A DNA stretch of 64,000 bases, taken from the NCBI GenBank assembly GCA_019058315.1, contig JAHPZH010000001.1, positions 471,536 through 535,535 on the forward strand, in the 5' to 3' direction. Position 1 is the first letter of the stretch; the number at the start of each line of letters is the position of its first letter. This stretch comes from Candidatus Helarchaeota archaeon (lineage in GTDB: Archaea > Asgardarchaeota > Lokiarchaeia > Helarchaeales > RDOG01). This document shows, one piece after another, positions 1-9,883 of this stretch. Made by a program: the position numbers and the translations under genes. The notes under the pieces were generated by a model. The model did no database searches, was not told where the DNA came from, and worked only from the letters and a program-made list of their open reading frames with translations.

Positions 1-91
1 GAGCAACATATTCTTCTGCAAATTGCTTTATTTCTTCTTTGAGTTCTAACTCTTCCTTTGAAAGAAATACACTCAAGGGACCATTCCTCAT
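1..91 (-). CDS. N-terminal fragment of a probable acyl-CoA dehydrogenase (runs off the window edge)
   Basis: Manual translation MRNGPLSVFLSKEELELKEEIKQFAEEYVA resembles the ACAD N-terminal 'LseEq..lr..vr.Fa...v.P' pattern. Confidence 0.5.
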   Translation of the reverse strand, partial: MRNGPLSVFLSKEELELKEEIKQFAEEYVA

Positions 92-335
92 TTTAATATT
101 TTTAATTTTTTCAAATTTAAATTAGTAAATATAACTTAAAGTAATTTACAGTGCATAAAAATGACCCATTTGTATTTAATAAAAAATAATATAAAATGCA
201 AATTGTACCAAAATAAAAACTTTTAAAAGCAGGAGAATTAACAAAAAACAAAATTATTGATAAGAATTGCAAAACTCATAATGTTAAAGACCCTACTCTC
301 TTTTATGTGAGGTTTTAGTAATCTTTAAATTGAAT

Positions 336-560
336 TCATAGGTCTCTATATTTCTTTTTACGTTTTTCAGTTTTACTTTTCTTTAATAATTCCGAATAAC
401 GAACATCAAACCTTATAAAATAAGTTCGACCACAAGCCTTACATGTAGCCTCTTTTATTTCATTATCCAGATAAACTGCCGCCCCACAAACGCAATGAAT
501 ATCAAGAGAATATTTGAATTCATTAAAATATACCCTCGATTCATCTATAACCCGTGTCAT
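336..560 (-). CDS. Small zinc-ribbon protein
   Basis: CxC-x14-CxxC followed by a basic tail. Confidence 0.55.
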   Translation of the reverse strand: MTRVIDESRVYFNEFKYSLDIHCVCGAAVYLDNEIKEATCKACGRTYFIRFDVRYSELLKKSKTEKRKKKYRDL

Positions 561-682
561 TCACTTCACTTTTTTCAAAAATTAAAAAACAAATATGATA
601 TTTTTCAAATTAAAATAATAATATAAAATCTTCTAATTATTTAAGATACCCCTAATATTGGAATTTATATCATAACTAGATT

Positions 683-1456
683 TTATTTTTGAGTTAGACT
701 ATTTTCACATGAAAATAACTTATTATAGTAACAATTCTTGCATTTTTTTTGACTTTTATGATTTCTTTCGATATAATAAGGGTCCTTACATTCATTAATC
801 ATTTCTAGTAATTGGTTCGCCGAATTCAAGATATTTAGGAAATTGAAAGGTATAAAGTAAATTTGATTGTTATAATTTCTGAAAAAATCTGAAGGATTTA
901 CCATTAAATCTTCCATAAAGTCTCTTTTATTAGTAGTATAACCCAAAATGGGATTCCCAATTTTATAATTTACTAGTTTTTTGAGAAGAAATTGATAATT
1001 TTCTAAAAATTCAAAACCTATTTTAATCTGGTATTTCCTTCTTTCCCGATATAAAAATCGAAATAATAAAAGATTATAAATTACCACAAGGTTTTTATCA
1101 CTTTTATAAGCAGAATTTGGAATCTTTTTCACTCTTTTAATATTTAAGACATGAATTGTCTCGGATTTTTCATTAAATAATATGAAATCTACAGATCCCA
1201 CCAAACAAAAATCTTTATCAACAAAAAGTGTTGTTTTTTGTTCGAAATTATTTGCAATGATTGTAAATTCATCTTTTATTATAGGTTCATTAATATCGAA
1301 TAATTTTGAGACATGTTGATAATTATTTTCATTAAATTGACTAATATTTTGACTTCTTGGAATTGGTCTTCCCCAAAATTTTGCTGTACAATGACAAAAA
1401 TGCCATTCTTTTAAAAAACTAATTGGAATATGCCGTATACTCAATCTACTTACCAA
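683..1456 (-). CDS. Solo Cas4-like PD-(D/E)xK nuclease-fold protein, probably catalytically degenerate
   Basis: N-terminal Cys (WHFCHC), LVGSVD..VLNIK motif, C-terminal CxxC-x7-C putative 4Fe-4S ligands. Confidence 0.55.
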   Translation of the reverse strand: MVSRLSIRHIPISFLKEWHFCHCTAKFWGRPIPRSQNISQFNENNYQHVSKLFDINEPIIKDEFTIIANNFEQKTTLFVDKDFCLVGSVDFILFNEKSETIHVLNIKRVKKIPNSAYKSDKNLVVIYNLLLFRFLYRERRKYQIKIGFEFLENYQFLLKKLVNYKIGNPILGYTTNKRDFMEDLMVNPSDFFRNYNNQIYFIPFNFLNILNSANQLLEMINECKDPYYIERNHKSQKKCKNCYYNKLFSCENSLTQK

Positions 1457-1500
1457 TAATTAGGTAAGTCCTTACTTTTTAAACCCATCAAAAAATTGTA

Positions 1501-2097
1501 TTATTGCCAATATTTTCCTTGTGCACAAGAAATACAAAGATTTTTTCCATCTTTTTTAATAACTCTAGTTGCCATTACTCCCTCATGACAATTCTCACAA
1601 ATAATAGTATTAAAAATTTGGGCTTCAGGTGGAATTTTCATTTGAACATTTTCAATTTTAAGGTAATCGCTTTGAGGCCTTTCTAATATTTTAAACATTA
1701 TCTTTTTTAGGAATTCTTTTCTTTCATCAGCGTTCAGGTTTTTCATTTCTTCACGCAAATCGCCTAAAATATTCCTTATTTGTGAAAAATCAAAACTCAA
1801 CCGAATTCCTTTTCCTGTAGTTCTATTAAATATTGTTGCAGCAGTTTTTCCATAATCTTTTAAAATCAAATTTCCTTTTCCTAGTGATGTGCCTAAAACA
1901 ATTTGAAGTGCGTCCACCATACAAGATTGCCCTTCCGAAATCGTAACTACTTCTTCATCAATGGATCTTGATGCTGCCAATTCTTTTAATGCGATAATCC
2001 CGATAATCATACCAGAAAGTAACCCAGGACAACTATGTCCATGAAATTCAACAGCTTTATCCCATAATCCAGTAATATCTAAATCCATATTCATCAT
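1501..2097 (-). CDS. fmdE: Formylmethanofuran dehydrogenase subunit E family protein with C-terminal Zn finger
   Basis: FHGHSCPG, CMVDALQ, GKGNL, C-terminal CxxCxE...CxxC. Confidence 0.9.
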   Translation of the reverse strand: MMNMDLDITGLWDKAVEFHGHSCPGLLSGMIIGIIALKELAASRSIDEEVVTISEGQSCMVDALQIVLGTSLGKGNLILKDYGKTAATIFNRTTGKGIRLSFDFSQIRNILGDLREEMKNLNADERKEFLKKIMFKILERPQSDYLKIENVQMKIPPEAQIFNTIICENCHEGVMATRVIKKDGKNLCISCAQGKYWQ

Positions 2098-2235
2098 CTC
2101 TATAAATTGGGCTGTATATACTATCTCTAAATTAAAATAATATTATGTATTTGATATAATATATTAGTGAAAATCATAATAAAAAATTAAGTAAAAATAG
2201 GTATTAATAGAAAAAAATAGAAGAAAAAAGGAAAA

Positions 2236-2427
2236 TTAATCTGTTTCTACTTCAATAGCATTCTCTGGACATTGATCTTGGCAAGCTAAGCATTCAATGC
2301 ACTCGTCTTCTGCGACAACTTTAGTTTTCCCAGCAGCGTCATCAAGCTCATATACTCCACTAGGACAAACATCAACGCACGTTCCACAACCAGTACATTT
2401 CTCAAAATCCACTTTTATTTTCGGCAA
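2236..2427 (-). CDS. 2[4Fe-4S] ferredoxin
   Basis: Two CxxCxxCxxxCP motifs. Confidence 0.95.
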   Translation of the reverse strand: MPKIKVDFEKCTGCGTCVDVCPSGVYELDDAAGKTKVVAEDECIECLACQDQCPENAIEVETD

Positions 2428-2482
2428 ATCTCTTCACCTATTTCATCTTTCTCATACACATTATTAGAGGAGGAAATTCTAA

Positions 2483-2674
2483 TTAATCTCCTTGCACTTC
2501 AATGGCCCCTTCTGGACATTGATCAGCACAAGCAAGACACTCTATACATTCATCCTCATTAACTCTACTTGTCTTTCCGGTGGCATCATTTAATTCAAAT
2601 ACTCCACTTGGACAGACATCAACGCAGGTTCCACAACCTGTACACTTTTCATCGTCAACTATTATCTTTGGCAT
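2483..2674 (-). CDS. 2[4Fe-4S] ferredoxin (tandem paralog)
   Basis: Two CxxCxxCxxxCP motifs; highly similar to the neighbouring ferredoxin. Confidence 0.95.
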   Translation of the reverse strand: MPKIIVDDEKCTGCGTCVDVCPSGVFELNDATGKTSRVNEDECIECLACADQCPEGAIEVQGD

Positions 2675-2737
2675 TTTTCATCATTTCCTTCAATTTTTAC
2701 TTTGAAATTTTCTAAAAAAACAATATTTTAACTGTTA

Positions 2738-4138
2738 TTATATTTTTTTATACCAAATCGTTTTATTAGGTAAATCTTTAACTTCTAAATTTAATTTATT
2801 CAATTCGTCACGAATCTTATCTGATAAAGCATAATCTTTACTTTGCCTCGCTTCTTGTCTTATTGTCAAAATTAGATCTACTAATTTGTCTGAAATACCT
2901 TCTTTATTTTCCAAAAAGATACCAAGAATACTCCCTAATTCCCATAATAATTTATGAGCTTGTTCCATTATTTCTGGATTTACAATTTCACCCTTTTGAG
3001 TTATTTTATTTATTTCTCGTGCTAATGTCTGTAAATGAGATAGAGCAAGAGGTGTATTAAAATCATCATCCATCGCGAGGATAAATTCAGATTGGGTTTG
3101 TTGAATGAGTTTTTTCAAATCTTCCGTTAGACTTTTTGAGTAATCTTTATTATCTATAAGATGTGCATTTCTTGAAGCCTCTAAAGCTACAAAAAATTTT
3201 TCAAGGACATTTTGGGCATGATCCAAATTCTCGTCACTAAATTCCATTGGTTTTCGATAATGAGTTGAAATTAAAAAACAACGGAGATTTTCTGGAGACC
3301 TTTTTTCCAATACTTCTTGAATTGTAAAGAAGTTCTTTAATGATTTTGACATTTTTTCCTTATTAACTGTTAAAAATCCATTATGGATCCAATATCTAAC
3401 AAATTTCTTACCGGTATATGCCTCAGTTTGGGCAATTTCATTCTCATGATGAGGAAACACTAAATCTTGACCACCCCCATGGATATCAAGAGTGCTTCCT
3501 AGATATTTTGTTGACATTACACTGCATTCAATATGCCAACCTGGTCTTCCAAGTCCCCAAGGTGATTCCCAAAATGGTTCATCTTCTTTTTTTCTCTTCC
3601 ACAAAGCAAAATCTTTGGGATTTCGCTTATCTGGGGAATCTTCACTGTCTATTAGTTCTTCAAATGGTTTTCTTGATAATTTGCCATAATCTTGGAAGGA
3701 ATCTACCGCAAAATATACATTTCCATTTGATTCATATGCAAATCCTTTTTGAATAAGAATTTTAATTGCTTCAATCATATCAGGAATGTGTTGAGTAGCT
3801 CGTGGAAAATAATCTGCTGATAATGCCCTCAATTTCTTCATATCTCTAAAATATAATTCTGTATATTTATCAGCAAGTTCATAAATCGTTAAATTTTCCT
3901 CATGAGCTCTTTTTATTATTTTATCATCAATATCTGTTAAATTTTGAATGTATGTTACATCAAAACCCCTAAATTTGAGATATCTATACATAATATCAAA
4001 AAAAACATAGGACCTAGCATGACCTATATGAGAAAAATCGTATACCGTCGGTCCACAAACATACATTTTAACTTTGCTTTTCTCTAAAGGAACAAAATCT
4101 TCTTTTTTTCCCGTTAAGTCATTAAAAAGTTTTAGCAT
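2738..4138 (-). CDS. cysS: Cysteinyl-tRNA synthetase (class I)
   Basis: CGPTVYD, HIGH, GRPGWHIECS, HGGGQDLVFPHHENE, KMSKS. Confidence 0.98.
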   Translation of the reverse strand: MLKLFNDLTGKKEDFVPLEKSKVKMYVCGPTVYDFSHIGHARSYVFFDIMYRYLKFRGFDVTYIQNLTDIDDKIIKRAHEENLTIYELADKYTELYFRDMKKLRALSADYFPRATQHIPDMIEAIKILIQKGFAYESNGNVYFAVDSFQDYGKLSRKPFEELIDSEDSPDKRNPKDFALWKRKKEDEPFWESPWGLGRPGWHIECSVMSTKYLGSTLDIHGGGQDLVFPHHENEIAQTEAYTGKKFVRYWIHNGFLTVNKEKMSKSLKNFFTIQEVLEKRSPENLRCFLISTHYRKPMEFSDENLDHAQNVLEKFFVALEASRNAHLIDNKDYSKSLTEDLKKLIQQTQSEFILAMDDDFNTPLALSHLQTLAREINKITQKGEIVNPEIMEQAHKLLWELGSILGIFLENKEGISDKLVDLILTIRQEARQSKDYALSDKIRDELNKLNLEVKDLPNKTIWYKKI

Positions 4139-4205
4139 TAAAGTTTTTCCTTAAATTATTTAAATTTTTTAATGAAAGAAATTTATATTCTTCCTTTAAA
4201 TATTT

Positions 4206-4281
4206 TGGAGCGGACGGAGATATTTGAAATCTCGTGCATACAGCTCTGCAGGCTGTTTCCTAACCACTCGGACACGTCCGC
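4206..4281 (-). tRNA. tRNA-Cys(GCA), CCA encoded, with atypical T- and D-stem base pairs
   Basis: Cloverleaf GCGGACG/CGTCCGC; ACAGC-CTGCAGA-GCTGT; GAGAT-TTCAAAT-ATCTC; U73 followed by CCA. Confidence 0.92.
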
Positions 4282-4398
4282 AAGTTCGAATTATATTATT
4301 CGAATATATAACATTATTATATAATATTTATTGAAAAATTAGATAAAAATAATGGTATAATTAAAAATTTTTAAGGTTTGATATCTGTCATAAATTCT

Positions 4399-5166
4399 TT
4401 ATTTATTATTTTTTTTCATAATTCCATTCCTAAAAACGTATATTGCCCAACCTTGTGTATCTCTACCCCAACACAGATATAACTTCTTCCATTTTTTAAT
4501 TCGCGATATGATTTCTGCGAGATCTTTGTCGTCAGGATTTGATCTTACATAATCATCTACTGCCCACCATTGGAATGTCTCATAATGATCCCAATCATCA
4601 TGATTGCTTACTAAAGTATAAAGACAGGTTAATCCTTCTTCCTCCCCTAACTTCATATTTTCATAATGTGAGTGGAAAGTTTCTTTCTTTATTCTCTCTG
4701 CTTTCAAATATTCTTCACTTGGCTCTTTTAACCAAAAAGGTTCTCCAATTAAAATTAGCCCATCTTGTTTTGTCCACTTTTTTAAAGCTTTTATGGTTCC
4801 CAAATAACCATTATATATCCAACTTGCACCTATACACATGGTTACATCAAAAAGTTCAGATGCTTCAGGTTTATATTTTGCACCATCCATTTCTAAAAAT
4901 TTTATATTTGATTTAGGGACTCGTTTTTGTTGTTTTTCCAAACAATTTTTTACAAAAAAAGGTGATATATCAACTCCAATGCCTGATATATCATAAAGTT
5001 CTGCTAACCTGATTAGAAATTCTCCTTTTCCACAAGCTATGTCTAATACATATGCCCCTCGTTTTAATTTGAGAAAACCACAAAGCTTTTCAAACTTTTC
5101 CTTATTCATTGGATTACATAAAAAGTGATTTTTATGAGTAATTGCATAATATTTCCACATGTCCAA
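4399..5166 (-). CDS. Class I SAM-dependent methyltransferase
   Basis: VLDIACGKG motif I, GVDIS, FDVTMCIGASW. Confidence 0.9.
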   Translation of the reverse strand: MDMWKYYAITHKNHFLCNPMNKEKFEKLCGFLKLKRGAYVLDIACGKGEFLIRLAELYDISGIGVDISPFFVKNCLEKQQKRVPKSNIKFLEMDGAKYKPEASELFDVTMCIGASWIYNGYLGTIKALKKWTKQDGLILIGEPFWLKEPSEEYLKAERIKKETFHSHYENMKLGEEEGLTCLYTLVSNHDDWDHYETFQWWAVDDYVRSNPDDKDLAEIISRIKKWKKLYLCWGRDTQGWAIYVFRNGIMKKNNK

Positions 5167-5263
5167 TAAATTTCACCTAAATTAAGTAAATCATAGATTT
5201 TTTATATTTACTCATTATTAAATAATTCTGATAATAATTTTAAGTTAGAAATGAATAAATTAA

Positions 5264-5506
5264 TTGAGAAAAATGAAAATTCCAGATCGAATAATTATTG
5301 ATGTTGAGGTGTGTGCTGGCAAGCCATGCATTCGTGGCACACGTTTAACTGTTGATTTTATTTTAGAATTACTAGCTATGGGTTGGGAATATAAAAAAAT
5401 CCAGGAAGAATATGATATTGAATATGAAGACATCCTTGCGGTTCTAGATTATGCACGGCAAATAATAAGTGACGAAAAAGTATACAAAATTGGTACTGAA
5501 ACATAA
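5264..5506 (+). CDS. DUF433 family antitoxin
   Basis: GKPCIRGTRLTV...IL..L..G motif; start may be the ATG at 5273. Confidence 0.9.
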   Translation: MRKMKIPDRIIIDVEVCAGKPCIRGTRLTVDFILELLAMGWEYKKIQEEYDIEYEDILAVLDYARQIISDEKVYKIGTET

Positions 5507-5564
5507 AATCCTATTTTTATAACAGATTTATTCCTGTCATCTTGTAATTTTAGGAAATGAATCA

Positions 5565-5930
5565 ATGAAATTATCTTTAATACTTGATGAAAACATTCCA
5601 AAGTCAACAATGGAGAGCTTAGAGAAAGTTGGTTTTCAAATTTTTTCAATTAGACAAAACAGACCTGGAATTACTGACAAAGAAATTGTAAAATTAAGTG
5701 AAAAAAAGAAACAACCAATTATTATTCTTGATAAAGATTTTGGATATTTAGTTTATAATCAGAATCTAAAGCCATATTGTGTGATGTTAATTAGAATTAA
5801 ACCTCAACAACCGGACCAAATATTTGAAGCTATATCAACTGTGTTAAAGTGGATAGAAAAAGAAAATATTGATTTAAACCGAAAATTTATTGTATTTGAT
5901 GGAAAATCTTTAAGAATTCGAAAAATATAA
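5565..5930 (+). CDS. DUF5615/Mut7-C PIN-like toxin (VapC45-like)
   Basis: LILDENIP, GITDKEI, ILDKDFG; lies downstream of the DUF433 gene. Confidence 0.88.
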   Translation: MKLSLILDENIPKSTMESLEKVGFQIFSIRQNRPGITDKEIVKLSEKKKQPIIILDKDFGYLVYNQNLKPYCVMLIRIKPQQPDQIFEAISTVLKWIEKENIDLNRKFIVFDGKSLRIRKI

Positions 5931-5982
5931 CTATTAAAGTCTCATTAAAGAAATATTTGCTTAAAAAAATGGAGGACAAATA

Positions 5983-7497
5983 ATGAAGGTTGAAGTGGAA
6001 AAAGATTCGCTCTTGAATGTCGAAGCAGAATCTTTAGTAATTAGTATATTTGAAAACATAGAAGATTCAAAACACCTTATAGATGAAATAGATAAAAAGT
6101 TGGATGGAACTATAAAGGAAAGAATAGAAATTGGTGATTTTAAAGGAAAAATTGGAGAAATATCAATCATATACACCCATAATAAGATTCCCACTAAAAG
6201 AATTTTATTGATTGGTCTTGGTAAAAAAGAAGAGTTAGATTATGAAAAAATTAGGCGAATTAATGGAATTGTAATAAAGAAAATTAGGAATTCTGAGGTT
6301 AAAAAATATAAAATCTGGTTAATGGGATCAGAAAAACCCGATCTAAAAGTTGAACAAATAGCCCAAGCAATCATAGAAGGAGCTATATTAGGAAATTATA
6401 AATTTTATAGACATAAGACAGAAAAATTAGAAGAAATTAAGTTAATTGAAGAAATAACTGTTGTTTATAATGATTTAATTGATGAAATTAAAAATGGAGT
6501 TCGAACTGGCCAAATAATTGCTGAGGCAACAAATTTTACTAAAGATCTGACTAATGAACCAGCAAATATTGCAACTCCGACTTATATTGCAGAACAAACA
6601 AAATTAATGGCAGATGAATTAGGAATTAAATGTACCATTTTTGGGGAAAAAGAAATAGAAGAAATGAAAATGGGTTCCTTCCTATCTGTCGCTAAGGGGA
6701 GTAATGAACCCTGTAAATTAGTAGTTTTAGATTATAATCCTAAACAGAATTTAGAAACCATAGTTTTAATCGGAAAAGGTATTACTTTCGATACTGGTGG
6801 CATATCCATCAAGCCAGCAATGGGTATGTGGGAAATGAAGCAAGATATGGCTGGTGCAGCAGCTGTTATTGGAACCCTAAAAGCTATTGCACAATTAAAA
6901 ATTCCACTTCATATTGTGGGAATTACTCCACTTACAGAAAATACACCTGGTGGGAAAGATCCTAATTTACCAGGAGATATCGTTAAGAGCCGTAAAGGAA
7001 AGACGATTGAAATTTTACATACCGATGCTGAAGGTCGATTAATCCTTATTGATGCATTAGATTATGCCAATGAATTCAAACCCAAAATAGTTCTAGATAT
7101 TGCTACTCTAACTGGTGCATGCGCTGTTGCCCTTGGAATTTACGCTTCTGGACTTTTCACTACAGATGATGATCTTGCAGAAAAATTAATTAAAGCTGGA
7201 GAAGAGACCCAAGAACGTTTATGGAGGCTTCCATTATGGGAAGATCACGAGAAAATTATGGAAAGCAAGATTGCAGATGTTAGAAATATTAATCCAAGTC
7301 GCAAAGACGGAGCTGGAGCTTCTAATGCAGCAGGATTTTTAAAACATTTCATTGGGGATTATAGATGGGCACATATTGATATAGCTGGTACCGATTTGGT
7401 ATCAAAGGGGAAAGATTACACCCCTCTTGGAGCATCAGGAGTTGGTGTTCGCTTATTTGTCCAATTTATAAAAAATTGGAGTAAAAAATCTAATTAA
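5983..7497 (+). CDS. pepA: Leucyl aminopeptidase (M17)
   Basis: GKGITFDTGGISIK, MKQDMAGAA, HTDAEGRL, DIATLTGA, WAHIDIAG. Confidence 0.97.
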   Translation: MKVEVEKDSLLNVEAESLVISIFENIEDSKHLIDEIDKKLDGTIKERIEIGDFKGKIGEISIIYTHNKIPTKRILLIGLGKKEELDYEKIRRINGIVIKKIRNSEVKKYKIWLMGSEKPDLKVEQIAQAIIEGAILGNYKFYRHKTEKLEEIKLIEEITVVYNDLIDEIKNGVRTGQIIAEATNFTKDLTNEPANIATPTYIAEQTKLMADELGIKCTIFGEKEIEEMKMGSFLSVAKGSNEPCKLVVLDYNPKQNLETIVLIGKGITFDTGGISIKPAMGMWEMKQDMAGAAAVIGTLKAIAQLKIPLHIVGITPLTENTPGGKDPNLPGDIVKSRKGKTIEILHTDAEGRLILIDALDYANEFKPKIVLDIATLTGACAVALGIYASGLFTTDDDLAEKLIKAGEETQERLWRLPLWEDHEKIMESKIADVRNINPSRKDGAGASNAAGFLKHFIGDYRWAHIDIAGTDLVSKGKDYTPLGASGVGVRLFVQFIKNWSKKSN

Positions 7498-7625
7498 CAA
7501 TATTAAAAATAATGCAAAATCGTAGGAAAAACTAATTTTATACACTTGGTTCTCAAAAGTGTAGAAAAATAACTAAATATTTTCCACACTCCTATAATCT
7601 TAAATAATTGACATAGGTGGTAAAA

Positions 7626-7883
7626 ATGGTAAATTATCGATTCAGATTATTAGGAGTTCCCCCAGATCAAGCAGTAAAAACTGGAGATATTGATGTTAAT
7701 CAAAATGTTGCAGAGGCTAAAAAGGTAATAAGAAAATTATATAAATTAAACCCTATTTTGTCGCTTCAATTCATCCATAAAGGTAAAGTTTTACCTAATA
7801 ATGTTAGATTTGCTAGCTTAGGTATAATGCCACAAAAAGATGTAATAACAGTAATGGTAAGTCAAGTAGGGGGAAAAAATTAA
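7626..7883 (+). CDS. Ubiquitin-like (beta-grasp) protein with C-terminal GG-KN
   Basis: QFIHKGKVL...SLGI...DVITVMVSQVGG parallels ubiquitin RLIFAGKQL...DYNI...LHLVLRLRGG; AGGTGG SD before the ATG at 7626. Confidence 0.75.
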   Translation: MVNYRFRLLGVPPDQAVKTGDIDVNQNVAEAKKVIRKLYKLNPILSLQFIHKGKVLPNNVRFASLGIMPQKDVITVMVSQVGGKN

Positions 7884-7956
7884 TTTCTTCTATTTTCAAT
7901 TTTTATTTATCGTAACTATTAACAATATTTGAAATGATAGAAGAGATGAAATAAGA

Positions 7957-8169
7957 ATGGACGAAAATTTAAAAGGATCAATTATGGCAGGAGTTATGGG
8001 GGCAATAATGGGTTTTATTATGAGTTTTTTTATAACCTTATTCTTAATACCACTCCCTGATACTGAAATCTCAAATGCGTTGTATAATGGAATGAGTGGC
8101 CTCATTAGTGGATTTATGGGTGGTTTCATGGGATTAATTATATATTTCAGAAGAAAAAAAGATGTGTAG
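7957..8169 (+). CDS. Small two-helix membrane protein, Gly/Met-rich
   Basis: Two hydrophobic GxxxG-rich helices. Confidence 0.7.
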   Translation: MDENLKGSIMAGVMGAIMGFIMSFFITLFLIPLPDTEISNALYNGMSGLISGFMGGFMGLIIYFRRKKDV

Positions 8170-8294
8170 AAAAGCCATGAAATTTATCCCTAATAAATAA
8201 TCTTTATTCTTTATTATTTAACTAAAACAAAAAAAAAACTCATCTGATCTTATTTTTCTAAAAGATGTAGAAAAAAAAGTATAATTTGGAAGAT

Positions 8295-8765
8295 TTAATC
8301 AATTGCCACTTTCGTTTTTGTTCTCTTTATTGGTGCATTTATTTGAAGGATACCTTTCTTGAAATTTGCTTTTATATCGTCAATATTTATCTTCACAGGT
8401 AATCTGAGTATTTTATGGAAATATTGAAAAGTTTTTTGAAAAGAATTTGTTCCCCATTTTTCAAATTTAACTTCTGATTTCATTTTTGCTTCGATTTCGA
8501 TTGAATCATCAGTGGCATTTATTTCAATATTCTCTTTATCTACATTAGGTAAATCTGCTGTTAAAATAACCTCATCCTTTGTAATTCTGTAATCCATAAG
8601 CGGTTGCAGACAACAGAGTTCGTTGTCCCAACTAGGCGAGAAAGAGCTTAAACTAAACATATCTCTAAATTTACGTTCCATATTTTCAAAAAGATCATCA
8701 TATAGGTCAAATATTGACTTTCTATGTCGCATAATTTTCATGTCTTTTTCATTTTCTTCGCTCAT
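8295..8765 (-). CDS. Small heat-shock protein Hsp20
   Basis: Alpha-crystallin domain (ADLPNVDKENI...LP....A.F..GIL.I..P) with C-terminal VAI. Confidence 0.93.
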   Translation of the reverse strand: MSEENEKDMKIMRHRKSIFDLYDDLFENMERKFRDMFSLSSFSPSWDNELCCLQPLMDYRITKDEVILTADLPNVDKENIEINATDDSIEIEAKMKSEVKFEKWGTNSFQKTFQYFHKILRLPVKINIDDIKANFKKGILQINAPIKRTKTKVAID

Positions 8766-8774
8766 TTTTCCACC

Positions 8775-9524
8775 TCACCCGTACATAGCTGGTAAATCAA
8801 CAGCAGTCATTCCTGGCACCTGTTTCGGCATTTCTTCTTGGGTTCGAGCCATAATATCACGTAATTTAATACGTAGTTCTTCAGCTTTATCCAATAATTC
8901 TTGAATATCTATATTAGTACCTATTATTTTATTTAGATCGGTTACAAGATTTGCTGACGCTTGAGGATCTGGATATTGAGCAAACGTTTCCACACCAAGG
9001 GCTATAATTGGCAACTCCTGCTTTACTGCTTCCCAAACTATAGCAGCGTGCATACCCGCTAGAATACCTGTATCAATAGATTTAATATCTTTTTCTTTTA
9101 GTAGCTTTTCATGATCGACGTTATTTGAATTAGCAAATGTTCCGGGAGTTTCTATATTTAAGCGATTAGGCACAGGGATCCCGTATAAACTAATAACTTT
9201 TTTAATATTTTTTTCTTTTAGCCATTTTACTAAAGCTCTTGCTAGGGGATTTATTGCATTTGTAGGAATTGGAATTTCGCTAATAATAACGGTGATCTCA
9301 TCATTTGAATAAATTCTTATAGGTGATTGAAATTTTCCTCCATGCATTACAACTAAAGGTGGAAATAAATCGCTTTGTATGTGTCCTTTTTCCGACAACT
9401 TCAAAGTTTCAATTATATGCATACAACTTATAAGCCCTACTAGTCCAACGTCTGGAAATCCAATTAGAACTGACTGAGATTTAGGACTAATACCTTCAAT
9501 AATTTCAACTGAATCTTCGGTCAT
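8775..9524 (-). CDS. Proteasome assembly chaperone, PAC2 family
   Basis: GFPDVGLVG, SDLFPP, PIRIY, YPDPQAS; C-terminal MYG resembles an HbYX motif. Confidence 0.92.
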   Translation of the reverse strand: MTEDSVEIIEGISPKSQSVLIGFPDVGLVGLISCMHIIETLKLSEKGHIQSDLFPPLVVMHGGKFQSPIRIYSNDEITVIISEIPIPTNAINPLARALVKWLKEKNIKKVISLYGIPVPNRLNIETPGTFANSNNVDHEKLLKEKDIKSIDTGILAGMHAAIVWEAVKQELPIIALGVETFAQYPDPQASANLVTDLNKIIGTNIDIQELLDKAEELRIKLRDIMARTQEEMPKQVPGMTAVDLPAMYG

Positions 9525-9883
9525 GTTATTCCTTCCATAATTAGAGTTAGTATTTCTATTACTAAGTTATAAATTTTTTAAATAAAAATGATATCTTTTT
9601 CAAAAAATAAAATAAATTTTCCAAATTGAATAAAATTTGATTATTTTTTTGAATTTATTAATATTATTTATTAAATATCATGAAGTTAATTTCTCAATAT
9701 ATTGGATAGCAAAAAATTTTATTGATTTCTTATATTATATATAATTTTTCTGCATTTTAGTTTTAAGTCACACCTTGTTAGTAACCTTTATATACTATGG
9801 TTATATAAATTATCTTAATGGGTAATTTACTCACAAGTTGTGAAAAAACTAAAAAATAAATTTCAAAAAATGGAAGGATAAAA

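Noticed and set aside
683-1456. CRISPR-Cas locus suggested by the Cas4-like gene
   Set aside because: No repeat-spacer array or other cas genes anywhere in the window.
5264-5930. Mobile island marked by the TA pair near tRNA-Cys
   Set aside because: The pair lies on the 5' side of the tRNA with no att repeat, integrase or transposase; it is a common chromosomal TA pair.
9525-9883. CIRCE element upstream of grpE-dnaK
   Set aside because: No TTAGCACTC-N9-GAGTGCTAA match.
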